This document shows positions 19,340 to 27,660 of a stretch of 64,000 nucleotides of DNA, in pieces. The position numbers and the translations under genes are program-made. The DNA is from an uncultured Emergencia sp. (GTDB lineage: Bacteria; Bacillota; Clostridia; Peptostreptococcales; Anaerovoracaceae). Within the stretch, counting starts at the first letter, position 1. Every line of letters starts with the position of its first letter. The notes beneath the pieces were generated by a model. That model was not told where the DNA came from. It saw only the letters and a program-made list of their open reading frames with translations, and did no database searches. The DNA lies in assembly GCA_937997955.1 (NCBI GenBank), contig CALLDR010000202.1, positions 2,413 through 66,412 of the forward strand, given 5' to 3'.

Positions 19340-21376
19340 ATGGAAACAAAAACAATAGCCATCATATATGACAGCTGTACAAACCTTCCCGCAATTAAGC
19401 ATAATCAGCACACTTTGGAAGAACTCTTTGAGGGATATGTGCGCACGATCAACTACTATTTTGACGAATTAACTGATAATACGATTATCGAAGGCGACGC
19501 CTTTTTGCTTTCTAACGAAACGCTGCTCGCCCCATTACGTCCTTATATTTCGGATTTTAAAAAAATCATTTTGATGAAGAGAAGTATTCAGAAAGCGGCC
19601 ATGTCCTCAATCATGGACATTCCCGATGGATCGGACGTTTTAATGGTGAACGACTCCTTTGATTCCTCTGTTCATACTGCGCACGCCTTGTATGAGCTGG
19701 GAATCAGTCATTTGAACTTAATTCCTTATAATCCCGCATTGGAAGACCAAGGCATCTACCGACACCTTCAATATGCCCTGACACCAGGAGAAGGTCACCT
19801 TGTTCCTCCGTACATTTCCCATGTCATCGATTTTCTTTACCGCGTTATCAGCTTCGATACACTGCTTCAGCTATCAGAAACACTGCATCTTACCAACGAT
19901 ATAATTTCCAGAAATCTGATCCGACACTTAAATTCTATCGCAGAACGGGGCAGTAACTCGCCGGCCAGCTTTTTAAGCAGCCATTTAAAAACACAGATCA
20001 TCAATCTTGTCGTCAGAGATCTTTCCTCTGCTATTTTCGTTGTAAATACGGAATTCCAACCAATCTATAGTAACGAACAGGCAGATCGCCTGCTTCAGTC
20101 AAAAGACCCAGCGCGAACATCCGGCGCAAAACTGCAAGCCGAAATAGCGGAATTTTTAAAGAGTATAAAAACCGACACCATCATTGAATTAAATGAAAGC
20201 CGTTATATGGTCGAGAAGGTCCCCCTCATGTTTATGGACCAATTAATGGGCCATTGCTTTACGTTCCACAGTGAAAACAGCATCCGCGAAATGGAATTGA
20301 ATCTAAGTAAGCAATTACGTCAGAACGGTCTTTTCGCAAGATATCACTTTCAAGATATTTTGCACGTGTCGCCTGTCATGGATGAAGCCATCATAATTGC
20401 AAAACACGCTGCCGACACAGACCATACCGTGCTGCTGCACGGCGAAAGCGGCACCGGTAAAGAACTGCTCGCCCAATCAATTCACAATTATTCCCGCAGA
20501 AAAAACTATCCTTTCGTCGCAATCAACTGCAGTACCTTACCAGAATCATTGCTGGAAAGCCAATTATTTGGCTATGAAGGCGGCTCCTTTACGGGTGCTC
20601 AAAAAAACGGAAGACCGGGTCTTTTCGAACAGGCCAATCACGGAACCATCTTTCTGGACGAAATTGGGGATATTTCCCCAAATTTGCAGGCCCAGTTATT
20701 ACGAGTGCTGCAAGAGCGGCAGGTTATGCGTATAGGAAGCGGCAAGATCATAGATCTTGATGTGCGCATTATTGCCGCCAGCAATCAAAATCTCGAAGAG
20801 CTTATCCGCCGCGGAGAATTTCGCAGCGATCTGTTTTACCGTCTCAGCGTTATCCCTATCGAGATCCCGCCTCTCCGAGAACGCAAAGAGGATATTCTCC
20901 CCATTATATCTGTTTTCCTGGGCGATCTGTACGCAGAGATCTCTGATGAGCAAAAGAGAATCCTCTGCGCTTACAATTGGCCAGGCAACATCCGCCAATT
21001 AGAGAATGCCGCAAAGTACTACGAGACACTGCATACCTTCCCAAGCTATCTGCATACTTCTGAATTCGTCCAAGTTCACTCCCGGCCAGAAGTCTTTTCA
21101 CAAAGAATACAGAAGAACGAGAATTATGATGCAGCGCATAAGCTTAATACATTGATTCTGGCATTGATTTCCGCCTCGACTGAACCCTTTCATGGAATCG
21201 GCCGCGGAGTCATCTTAACCAAACTCAAAGAACAAAACATCCACATCAGCGACGGAAAACTTCGTCAGCTGCTGACACAATTCGAGGCAGATGGCCTGGT
21301 TACCATCGCAAAAGGACGCGGTGGCTGCAGAATCACGCAGAAAGGAAAGCAATACTTAAAAGAGCAAAGCCTTTAG
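19340..21376 (+). CDS. Sigma-54-dependent transcriptional activator (bacterial enhancer-binding protein)
   Basis: AAA+ core with Walker A GESGTGKE, sigma-54 contact loop GSFTGA (GAFTGA type), and FLDEIGD. It has a PrpR_N-like N-terminal sensory region and a C-terminal winged-helix-like segment. Confidence 0.9.
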   Translation: METKTIAIIYDSCTNLPAIKHNQHTLEELFEGYVRTINYYFDELTDNTIIEGDAFLLSNETLLAPLRPYISDFKKIILMKRSIQKAAMSSIMDIPDGSDVLMVNDSFDSSVHTAHALYELGISHLNLIPYNPALEDQGIYRHLQYALTPGEGHLVPPYISHVIDFLYRVISFDTLLQLSETLHLTNDIISRNLIRHLNSIAERGSNSPASFLSSHLKTQIINLVVRDLSSAIFVVNTEFQPIYSNEQADRLLQSKDPARTSGAKLQAEIAEFLKSIKTDTIIELNESRYMVEKVPLMFMDQLMGHCFTFHSENSIREMELNLSKQLRQNGLFARYHFQDILHVSPVMDEAIIIAKHAADTDHTVLLHGESGTGKELLAQSIHNYSRRKNYPFVAINCSTLPESLLESQLFGYEGGSFTGAQKNGRPGLFEQANHGTIFLDEIGDISPNLQAQLLRVLQERQVMRIGSGKIIDLDVRIIAASNQNLEELIRRGEFRSDLFYRLSVIPIEIPPLRERKEDILPIISVFLGDLYAEISDEQKRILCAYNWPGNIRQLENAAKYYETLHTFPSYLHTSEFVQVHSRPEVFSQRIQKNENYDAAHKLNTLILALISASTEPFHGIGRGVILTKLKEQNIHISDGKLRQLLTQFEADGLVTIAKGRGGCRITQKGKQYLKEQSL

Positions 21377-21415
21377 CCGGCAGCAAACGCATTGCATTTT
21401 TAAAATAATAAAAAC

Positions 21416-21461
21416 AACAGGACAAGCCCCATTTTGAGACTTGTCCTGTTGCTTTATTTTT
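21416..21461 (+). terminator. Rho-independent (bidirectional) terminator
   Basis: AACAGGACAAG-13 nt-CTTGTCCTGTT followed by GCTTTATTTTT, with an A-rich tract upstream. It lies between the convergent activator gene and the Rpn remnant. Confidence 0.85.
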
Positions 21462-21464
21462 CCT

Positions 21465-21797
21465 CTACAATTCTTCCATCTCCTCGACATCCAGCCCTGT
21501 CGCCTTTGCTATCTCGGCAAGAGTCATACCAGACGCCTTCAGATTTGCGGCAACCTCTCTTTTGCCTTCGTCGCGGCCAGCCCGCAGGCCGTCTTCCCTC
21601 GCCACATATTTTTCATGCCTGATGTGTTCTTCTAACGTCATCTGCATCCGCCTCCGCTCCGAACCATTGTACTTGTCCACCATATCATCGATTTTCTCTA
21701 TCAACGCATCGCCCATCTTATTCTTCGGGTCGTTGATGTAAGCGTACAAGGCTTTCAAATTCTCCGGAACCCTTGCCGCATCGCAGCTGGTGTTCAA
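21465..21797 (-). pseudogene. C-terminal remnant of an Rpn/YhgA-like PD-(D/E)XK recombination-promoting nuclease (putative transposase)
   Basis: The 110-aa frame ends with ...EGKREVAANLKASGMTLAEIAKATGLDVEEMEEL, which is typical of Rpn-family C-termini. There is no nuclease domain and no ATG, only a TTG. Confidence 0.55.
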
Positions 21798-21920
21798 GAT
21801 TATTATATTTTATTAGCCACTACTGTTACAACTTTGTTATAGCGCTTCAACTGGACGGGTTTCGTATTCAGCAGAAATCTGCACAGAAAATGGTCTTAAA
21901 ATCCATGAGGCGCCCTGACC

Positions 21921-23666
21921 TCATATCGCCGCCACCATAACCGTCAGATCGTCCCGCTCCCGAATACCGTACTTCTCCGCGGCCTTATTGACGATCAGCT
22001 CCGCCACCGTTTCCGGGTCCCTGCTGCCGATCTCCGAAAGCCGCTGTCTCAGCCACTGGCATTCCGGGTCCTGCCTGTCGCAGTCAGTAACACCGTCAGA
22101 AACCATGACCAGAAGCTCCCCTTTCTTCAGCTTCACATCGATATATTCCAGCTTTACGCCGTCCAAAATGCCCACCGGCGGCGCGGGCCGCTTCAGGGCA
22201 GAAACCCGTCCCTCATGCTTGACGAAGGTCGACGCCGCTCCCATCTTGAAAATCTGCGCCCTGCCGCTTTCCTTGTCGATGATGGCAAGATCCACGGTCG
22301 CGAACATATCTCCCTGATTTCCCGCCATCAAAACGGCATTGACCGTTTTCATCGCCACATCCACGTCGAACCCGGCCTCCAGCAGTCTGGCCAGGGTCAC
22401 TACTACCAGCCGGCTTTCCGCCTGGGCCCGGCTGCCCTTTCCCATGCCATCGCTGATGATCAGTGCCTGCTTATTGTGCCCAAAGGAGAAGGACAGACAG
22501 CTGTCGCCGGACACCGCCTCGAAGGCATAGGAGGCGCTGCCGACAGGCACCGGCGGGAGCCCCTTTGATTCCGCGGAAGCGTTTCTCCCCGCCAGATCCT
22601 CCAGGAGGCCGTCTACCACCCGGGCCATGCCCTGAAACTGATAGGAGATGATCTGTCGGTGATCAAAGCCCGCGCTGTACATCTTTGCCAGGGAATTGAA
22701 AGCTTCCCTCTTCTTGCGCAGATCCCGCCTGATCGCGAAGAGCTGCACGTCCTTCTCCCCGCAGGCCTCCGGCATCAGCTTTGACGAAAGGCTGCACCAC
22801 ATCCGCGTCAGCAGATGAGCCGGAACCGCGGTCAGCACCGCCATGGCCGCCGCCGCGCCGTAAACAGCTTCAGGCAGAGAGACTGCCGTCGCCGCGAAGA
22901 TGATCAAAGCCAGCACCGTCTTGCGATACCGCCCCTCCAGCAGGCCCGCGCCGTACCAGCCTATGATCAAAGCGGCAAAGACCGCCACAAAAGCTTCTTC
23001 ATCGCTGCTGCCCTGGCACCACCAGAACACACAGCCCATGACGGCTGTCACCAGAGCCGGCTGCAGCCCCTTGCAGTAGCACACCGCGGCAAAGAGCAGC
23101 AGCCACAGCGGAAATACGATCTGGCCGATCCCGATCCCTCCGATCAGCGACACCCCGAAGACGGACAGGGATATCCCGATTTTCTCCGCAGGTATCCGAT
23201 CCGCTCCCTGACCCGCGAACAGCACCCGCGCCAGCGTATTGAAAACTCTTATGTAGATGACCAGCGCCACCGCCTCCTTGATCAAAGTCTGCGGGCTCAG
23301 CAGATACAGCATGTCCTTCGCGCCATAATAAAGGCAGCTGCACAGAATCACCGCCGCGGCCGCCACCGCCGTCCGCTGATTGATGGTAAACCTCTGCTTG
23401 TGAAAGAAGAGGAAGAATACCCCGCAGAATACCATAGCCATCAGATCTCCATAGAAATCCAGCCCCTGCCCGCTGAAGGTCAGCATACCCGCGGCCATGA
23501 CCGGCACCAGGTAGATGTACACCGTAGACACCGCCGCCATAACCGTGATCAAAGCTATCGCCGCCGGAAACGTCCCGTCAAAAAGCTGGATTCTTCCCAC
23601 AAAAAAAGCCACTGTCAAAGTGGCGAGCACAGATTTCAGGTTGATTTGATTTCCTACAAATTCCAT
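21921..23666 (-). CDS. spoIIE: Stage II sporulation protein E (membrane PP2C phosphatase)
   Basis: Polytopic N-terminal half plus a C-terminal PP2C domain (ISDGMGKG, VMVSDGV). Synteny with tilS/ftsH. A Spo0A box lies upstream. Confidence 0.8.
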   Translation of the reverse strand: MEFVGNQINLKSVLATLTVAFFVGRIQLFDGTFPAAIALITVMAAVSTVYIYLVPVMAAGMLTFSGQGLDFYGDLMAMVFCGVFFLFFHKQRFTINQRTAVAAAAVILCSCLYYGAKDMLYLLSPQTLIKEAVALVIYIRVFNTLARVLFAGQGADRIPAEKIGISLSVFGVSLIGGIGIGQIVFPLWLLLFAAVCYCKGLQPALVTAVMGCVFWWCQGSSDEEAFVAVFAALIIGWYGAGLLEGRYRKTVLALIIFAATAVSLPEAVYGAAAAMAVLTAVPAHLLTRMWCSLSSKLMPEACGEKDVQLFAIRRDLRKKREAFNSLAKMYSAGFDHRQIISYQFQGMARVVDGLLEDLAGRNASAESKGLPPVPVGSASYAFEAVSGDSCLSFSFGHNKQALIISDGMGKGSRAQAESRLVVVTLARLLEAGFDVDVAMKTVNAVLMAGNQGDMFATVDLAIIDKESGRAQIFKMGAASTFVKHEGRVSALKRPAPPVGILDGVKLEYIDVKLKKGELLVMVSDGVTDCDRQDPECQWLRQRLSEIGSRDPETVAELIVNKAAEKYGIRERDDLTVMVAAI

Positions 23667-23680
23667 AGCTTGTCCCCTTT

Positions 23681-23743
23681 GCTTACATGATATATATGTT
23701 CTTGCCCCATTCTATCATGTAAGCAGAGGCGAATGCTGTCGAA
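23681..23743 (-). promoter_or_regulatory. spoIIE promoter region: Spo0A box, extended -10 and a 12-bp perfect inverted repeat
   Basis: On the minus strand: TTCGACA (0A box, plus 23737-23743), 22 nt, then TGATAGAAT (-10 at 23709-23714). The inverted repeat GCTTACATGATA (23681-23692) / TATCATGTAAGC (23713-23724) overlaps the -10. Confidence 0.55.
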
Positions 23744-23765
23744 AGGCGGAAGGAGAAGGAAAAAT

Positions 23766-24350
23766 TCAGGAGCAGGTTTTGTGCATATATACTGCCATAT
23801 TGATATACATGACCGCAGTACCCAGCGAAAAGAAACTGCTCAGTGTCTCCCAATCGAAGTCCCAACTGGCGATACCGGCGAGCAGTAAACTGCCGTCAAA
23901 GACCCCAAGCACGCCGCGAATCACCGCTGCCAGAAAAATCATCGCTTTTGACGCAGGCGTGATCCCTTTGCCCCCGGCCAAAAGGCCCGCAATCGCGCAA
24001 AGGGCAGAAGGGATCCCGAGAAAAAGGAGCGAAGACGGCGGCAGATCTTCGCCGAACAGGCAGTAGTCGGCAAGCAGCGCGAAAATCATACCCATGGCCA
24101 CGGCAGCAAGAAAATTCGCGATACGGAACAGGAGAAGATTTCTCCGCAGTAAAAAAATCAGAAATACTCCTGTCGCTGCCAAAAAGAGCAAGTCCGAAAT
24201 CAATTCCACAGATATTTTTTCATTCCAACTCATAAGCTCTCCGATTCCGCCTAATAGTCCCGCCGCTGTCATCAGAAACGAAACGATCTGCGCAGTGATC
24301 ATCTTTCTCACGTCTTTCCCTGTGTCCCTCCATTTGTCCTTCTGTTCCAT
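23766..24350 (-). CDS. Hypothetical polytopic membrane protein
   Basis: The start is set at ATG 24350, which follows AGGAGAG. About five hydrophobic helices. No recognisable family. Confidence 0.65.
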   Translation of the reverse strand: MEQKDKWRDTGKDVRKMITAQIVSFLMTAAGLLGGIGELMSWNEKISVELISDLLFLAATGVFLIFLLRRNLLLFRIANFLAAVAMGMIFALLADYCLFGEDLPPSSLLFLGIPSALCAIAGLLAGGKGITPASKAMIFLAAVIRGVLGVFDGSLLLAGIASWDFDWETLSSFFSLGTAVMYINMAVYMHKTCS

Positions 24351-24715
24351 CGCTTTCTCTCCTTTCATGTTTAGTGTAATTTTACACTTTTTATTCCAAT
24401 TTGTCAAGTTTGATGATCAAAAGATCAGAAACAGATAAAAAGCCAAATAAAGCCAAATATAATATCCACAGATAAAAACTCGCAGGGAAGCGTCCACAGA
24501 AGGAAAAATTCAAAAGTCATTCACAAGAGACGCCGCGCGAAAAAAAGAAAAAGCGCTGCAGCCTTTGCAACGTCGGTAAACCAGCTGTTACATTTCGGCA
24601 GCGCAGCGCTTCTCAATATTCGTTTACGAAATCAAAACAAAATCAACGCTTTCCTTCAGCAATTTGCTCCAAGACTCTGCCTCAGGGCTTTGCTTCAAGA
24701 TTTCGCTTCATGGCT

Positions 24716-25903
24716 TTAGAAATATTCTTTTGCCAGTTCCGCGAATCTAGGCAGGGAGTTTACAATCTTCTCCTCGGATACGCAGTAAGCCATTCTCACA
24801 TAGCCAGGGCCGGCGAAGGAGCTTCCCGGTACCAGAAGCAGATTGTGCTTCTTTGCCGCGGCGACAAATTCCTTCTCGTCTTCTACCGGTGACTTCATCC
24901 ACAGATAGAAAGCGCCTTCCGGCTTGACGCACTCGAAGCCCAGCTTGGTCAGGCCATCGTACAGCAGGTTCGCGTTTTTCTCATAATAAGAAACATCGCA
25001 CTGCGCGTCTACGCATCTTTCGATAACCAGCTGCATCAGGGACGGCGCGTTGGTGAAGCCGCCGACGCGGTTAGCTACTGTAGCTGCCGTGATAAATTCT
25101 TCCGCGTTGTCGGACTCGTCCGGAATGACTACATAGCCGATTCTTTCGCCCGGCAGGGACAGAGACTTGCTGTAGGAGTATGCCACTACAGTGTTGTCAT
25201 AGTATTTGGTCAGATACGGAACATCTACGCCGCCGAAGGCCAATTCTCTGTACGGTTCGTCAGAGAGCAGATAGATCACTGTTCCATATTCTTCCTGCTT
25301 CTTTTTCAGGATCTCCGTCAGCCCTTTGATGACTTCCTCTGAGTAAACAGCGCCGGTCGGGTTGTTCGGGTTGTTGACGATGACGGCCTTTGTCTTCGGC
25401 GTGATCTTTTCCTCGAACTCGTCCAGCTTCGGCATGAAACCGCCTTCTGGATTTGGAGATACCGCAACGGTAACGCCGCCGTATGTCTTGATGTAGTTGC
25501 CGTATTCCAGGAAGTACGGCGCAAATACGATCACTTCGTCACCTTCATTGATCATCGTTCTCAGCAGAACGTTCAGAGCGCTGCCTGCGCCGACGGTCAT
25601 GATGATGTTGTTCATGTTAAAATGAGTACCAAACCGTCTGTTCAGATTCTCAGCGACCGCAGTCCTCGTTTCAGGGAATCCCGCGTTGCTCATGTAGCCA
25701 TGTACATAAAGAGGATCTTCATTCTGAATAATATCGATGATGGCGTTCTTAACTTCCTCCGGAGCCGGTACGCTCGGGTTGCCTACGCTGAAGTCAAATA
25801 CGTTTTCAGCGCCGAACTGTTCAGCCATTCTCTTACCTTCTTCAAACATGGCCCTTACTACAGAACTGTTTGCTACTAATGGTTCCATCTTTTTTGAAAT
25901 CAT
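24716..25903 (-). CDS. PLP-dependent aminotransferase, class I (aspartate/aromatic type)
   Basis: 395 aa with NPNNPTG and the PLP-lysine motif YSYSKSLSLPGERIGY. Confidence 0.9.
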   Translation of the reverse strand: MISKKMEPLVANSSVVRAMFEEGKRMAEQFGAENVFDFSVGNPSVPAPEEVKNAIIDIIQNEDPLYVHGYMSNAGFPETRTAVAENLNRRFGTHFNMNNIIMTVGAGSALNVLLRTMINEGDEVIVFAPYFLEYGNYIKTYGGVTVAVSPNPEGGFMPKLDEFEEKITPKTKAVIVNNPNNPTGAVYSEEVIKGLTEILKKKQEEYGTVIYLLSDEPYRELAFGGVDVPYLTKYYDNTVVAYSYSKSLSLPGERIGYVVIPDESDNAEEFITAATVANRVGGFTNAPSLMQLVIERCVDAQCDVSYYEKNANLLYDGLTKLGFECVKPEGAFYLWMKSPVEDEKEFVAAAKKHNLLLVPGSSFAGPGYVRMAYCVSEEKIVNSLPRFAELAKEYF

Positions 25904-26183
25904 CTTTCTTTACCTACCTTTTCATAATCTGGTCATAATCTGATATGTCTATTTTACTGCAATTGGACCGAAATGAAAAGGGGAATCTTTCAGAAAATTA
26001 GTTTTTGTTTTTTTGGATTCCCGATTTGCCTGTGTTTAAGCCATTTCTAAGCGATCCCCAAGCGCTTCCTGCACCCTCTATACACCGTCCGAATACCCGG
26101 TCCGCGCAAAAAAATCCCTTGACTTTCCTCCGTTTTTATGATAAAAAGATAGTAGTCGTGTAGCGCATGATATGCAACGCAAA

Positions 26184-26233
26184 GCGTATAATATTCCTTT
26201 ACTTTATGAGGAATACTATGCGCTTCTTTTTTT
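26184..26233 (+). terminator. Intrinsic terminator inside a 5' leader (attenuator)
   Basis: A 15-bp stem GCGTATAATATTCCT / AGGAATACTATGCGC (one mismatch, one G-U), a 10-nt loop, then TTCTTTTTTT. It lies downstream of a candidate promoter (TTGACT 26119, TGaTAAAAA 26139) and upstream of the gene at 26302. Confidence 0.75.
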
Positions 26234-26254
26234 GTGAATCGCTGCTGCCGGACA

Positions 26255-26286
26255 ATTAAAGTTACACATCATTAAAGTTACACATC
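26255..26286 (+). repeat. Perfect 16-bp tandem duplication ATTAAAGTTACACATC x2 abutting the RBS
   Basis: Read directly from the sequence at 26255-26270 and 26271-26286. It is followed by ATAATGGAGGtaagcATG. Confidence 0.9.
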
Positions 26287-26301
26287 ATAATGGAGGTAAG
26301 C

Positions 26302-26895
26302 ATGATTAAAACAAAAACACAGGGAATTATATTCGGGATCCTCATGTCCTATACAATGGCATATGGCATGGAGGTCTATAACATAGCTATTAAAATGGCT
26401 TTCAATCTTCAGGCTGGCGGATTCAGCAATATGACCAACATCGTATTCTGGGAAGCGTTGAAGGAAGCCGCCTATATGGGAGCCTTTGTATTCCTGTTTT
26501 CCAACCTTTGGGGCAACCGCCTGGGCGCGCGCTTTGCCGAGCGCCGCTGCGATCCGAAAAAGGACAATCCTTATTTTTGCACGCTGATGCGCCAGGGAGG
26601 TACCGTCGCCGTCATGTGCCCGACCATGAGCCTGGTGGCAACCATTCTGTTCAACATCGTTCTGGGCGGAGACGCCTGGATCAACCTGCCTGCCATCTGG
26701 ATCGGCACCCTTATGAAGAACTTCCCGATGGCCTTCTTCTGGAACTTCTTCGCCGCGGCTCCGTTTTCACACTGGCTGTTCAGCAAGCTGTTCCCGGCAA
26801 AGAACCAGCGCGTTCAGATAGCGAAGAAGACAGAAAGAGCCGCCGCGATCGCAGACGCGAAGGCATATGACAAGGACGAAGAAAAATACGCGTAA
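26302..26895 (+). CDS. Small polytopic membrane protein (DUF2798-like)
   Basis: The start is set at ATG 26302 (GGAGG-N6). Four hydrophobic segments. MIKTKTQGIIFGILMSYTMAYGMEVYN resembles DUF2798 proteins. Confidence 0.7.
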   Translation: MIKTKTQGIIFGILMSYTMAYGMEVYNIAIKMAFNLQAGGFSNMTNIVFWEALKEAAYMGAFVFLFSNLWGNRLGARFAERRCDPKKDNPYFCTLMRQGGTVAVMCPTMSLVATILFNIVLGGDAWINLPAIWIGTLMKNFPMAFFWNFFAAAPFSHWLFSKLFPAKNQRVQIAKKTERAAAIADAKAYDKDEEKYA

Positions 26896-27018
26896 CCGTA
26901 TAAGACATCGTGCAAAGCCATTTAAAATCCTCGCACGAAACCATCGTACAAGACCATCATACAAGACCATCATACAAAACTATTTAAGCCCCTCATATTA
27001 ATCATATAAAACTGAACC

Positions 27019-27053
27019 AAAAAAAGCCACGGGCTGCGGGATCACCCGCAGCC
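27019..27053 (-). terminator. Rho-independent terminator of iorAB
   Basis: GGGCTGCGGG-tgat-CCCGCAGCCC followed by GTGGCTTTTTTT on the minus strand. Confidence 0.88.
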
Positions 27054-27080
27054 CGAAACTTTGTGAAAAGCAAAAGGATT

Positions 27081-27659
27081 TTATTTTACCGCATCCGCTC
27101 CGACCTGAAAAGCCTTCAGGTTCAGATCGATGAATTTTTCTTTTACATTTTTTCTGATGATATCTTCCCAGTCGATGTCGTCCAGGCCCATCAGCTTGAC
27201 CAGAGCCCCCAGCAGAATGACGTTGGCCGCCTTTACGTTGCCCAGCTCGCCGGCCATTTTGGTCGCGTCCATGGTATGTACTCTGCTCGCGGCTTTTTTG
27301 ATCTCGTCGATGACGTCATCGGCATACTCTTCTGCGCCTGTCAGCACGGTCATAGATGGGATTCTCTCGGTGTTGACGACCACGGCTCCATCTGGTTTCA
27401 GATAGTCCAGGGTTCTCAGGGCCTCCATCTCCTCAAAGGAAACGACGATGTCCGCCGTGCCCTTCTCGATCACAGGGGAGAAAACCTTTTCTTTGCTGTA
27501 TCTTACCTGAGACACCACGTCGCCGCCTCTCTGGCTCATTCCGTGAATCTCACTCATCTTTACGTCATAACCTGCTTCCATCAGGCCAAAGGTCAGCATC
27601 TTCGCCGCGGTGATGGTACCCTGTCCACCAACGCCAGATAACAAAATATTCTTCGTCAT
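27081..27659 (-). CDS. iorB: Indolepyruvate:ferredoxin oxidoreductase subunit beta
   Basis: N-terminus MTKNILLSGVGGQGTITAAK; 192 aa; sits directly after iorA. Confidence 0.9.
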   Translation of the reverse strand: MTKNILLSGVGGQGTITAAKMLTFGLMEAGYDVKMSEIHGMSQRGGDVVSQVRYSKEKVFSPVIEKGTADIVVSFEEMEALRTLDYLKPDGAVVVNTERIPSMTVLTGAEEYADDVIDEIKKAASRVHTMDATKMAGELGNVKAANVILLGALVKLMGLDDIDWEDIIRKNVKEKFIDLNLKAFQVGADAVK

Positions 27660-27660
27660 T

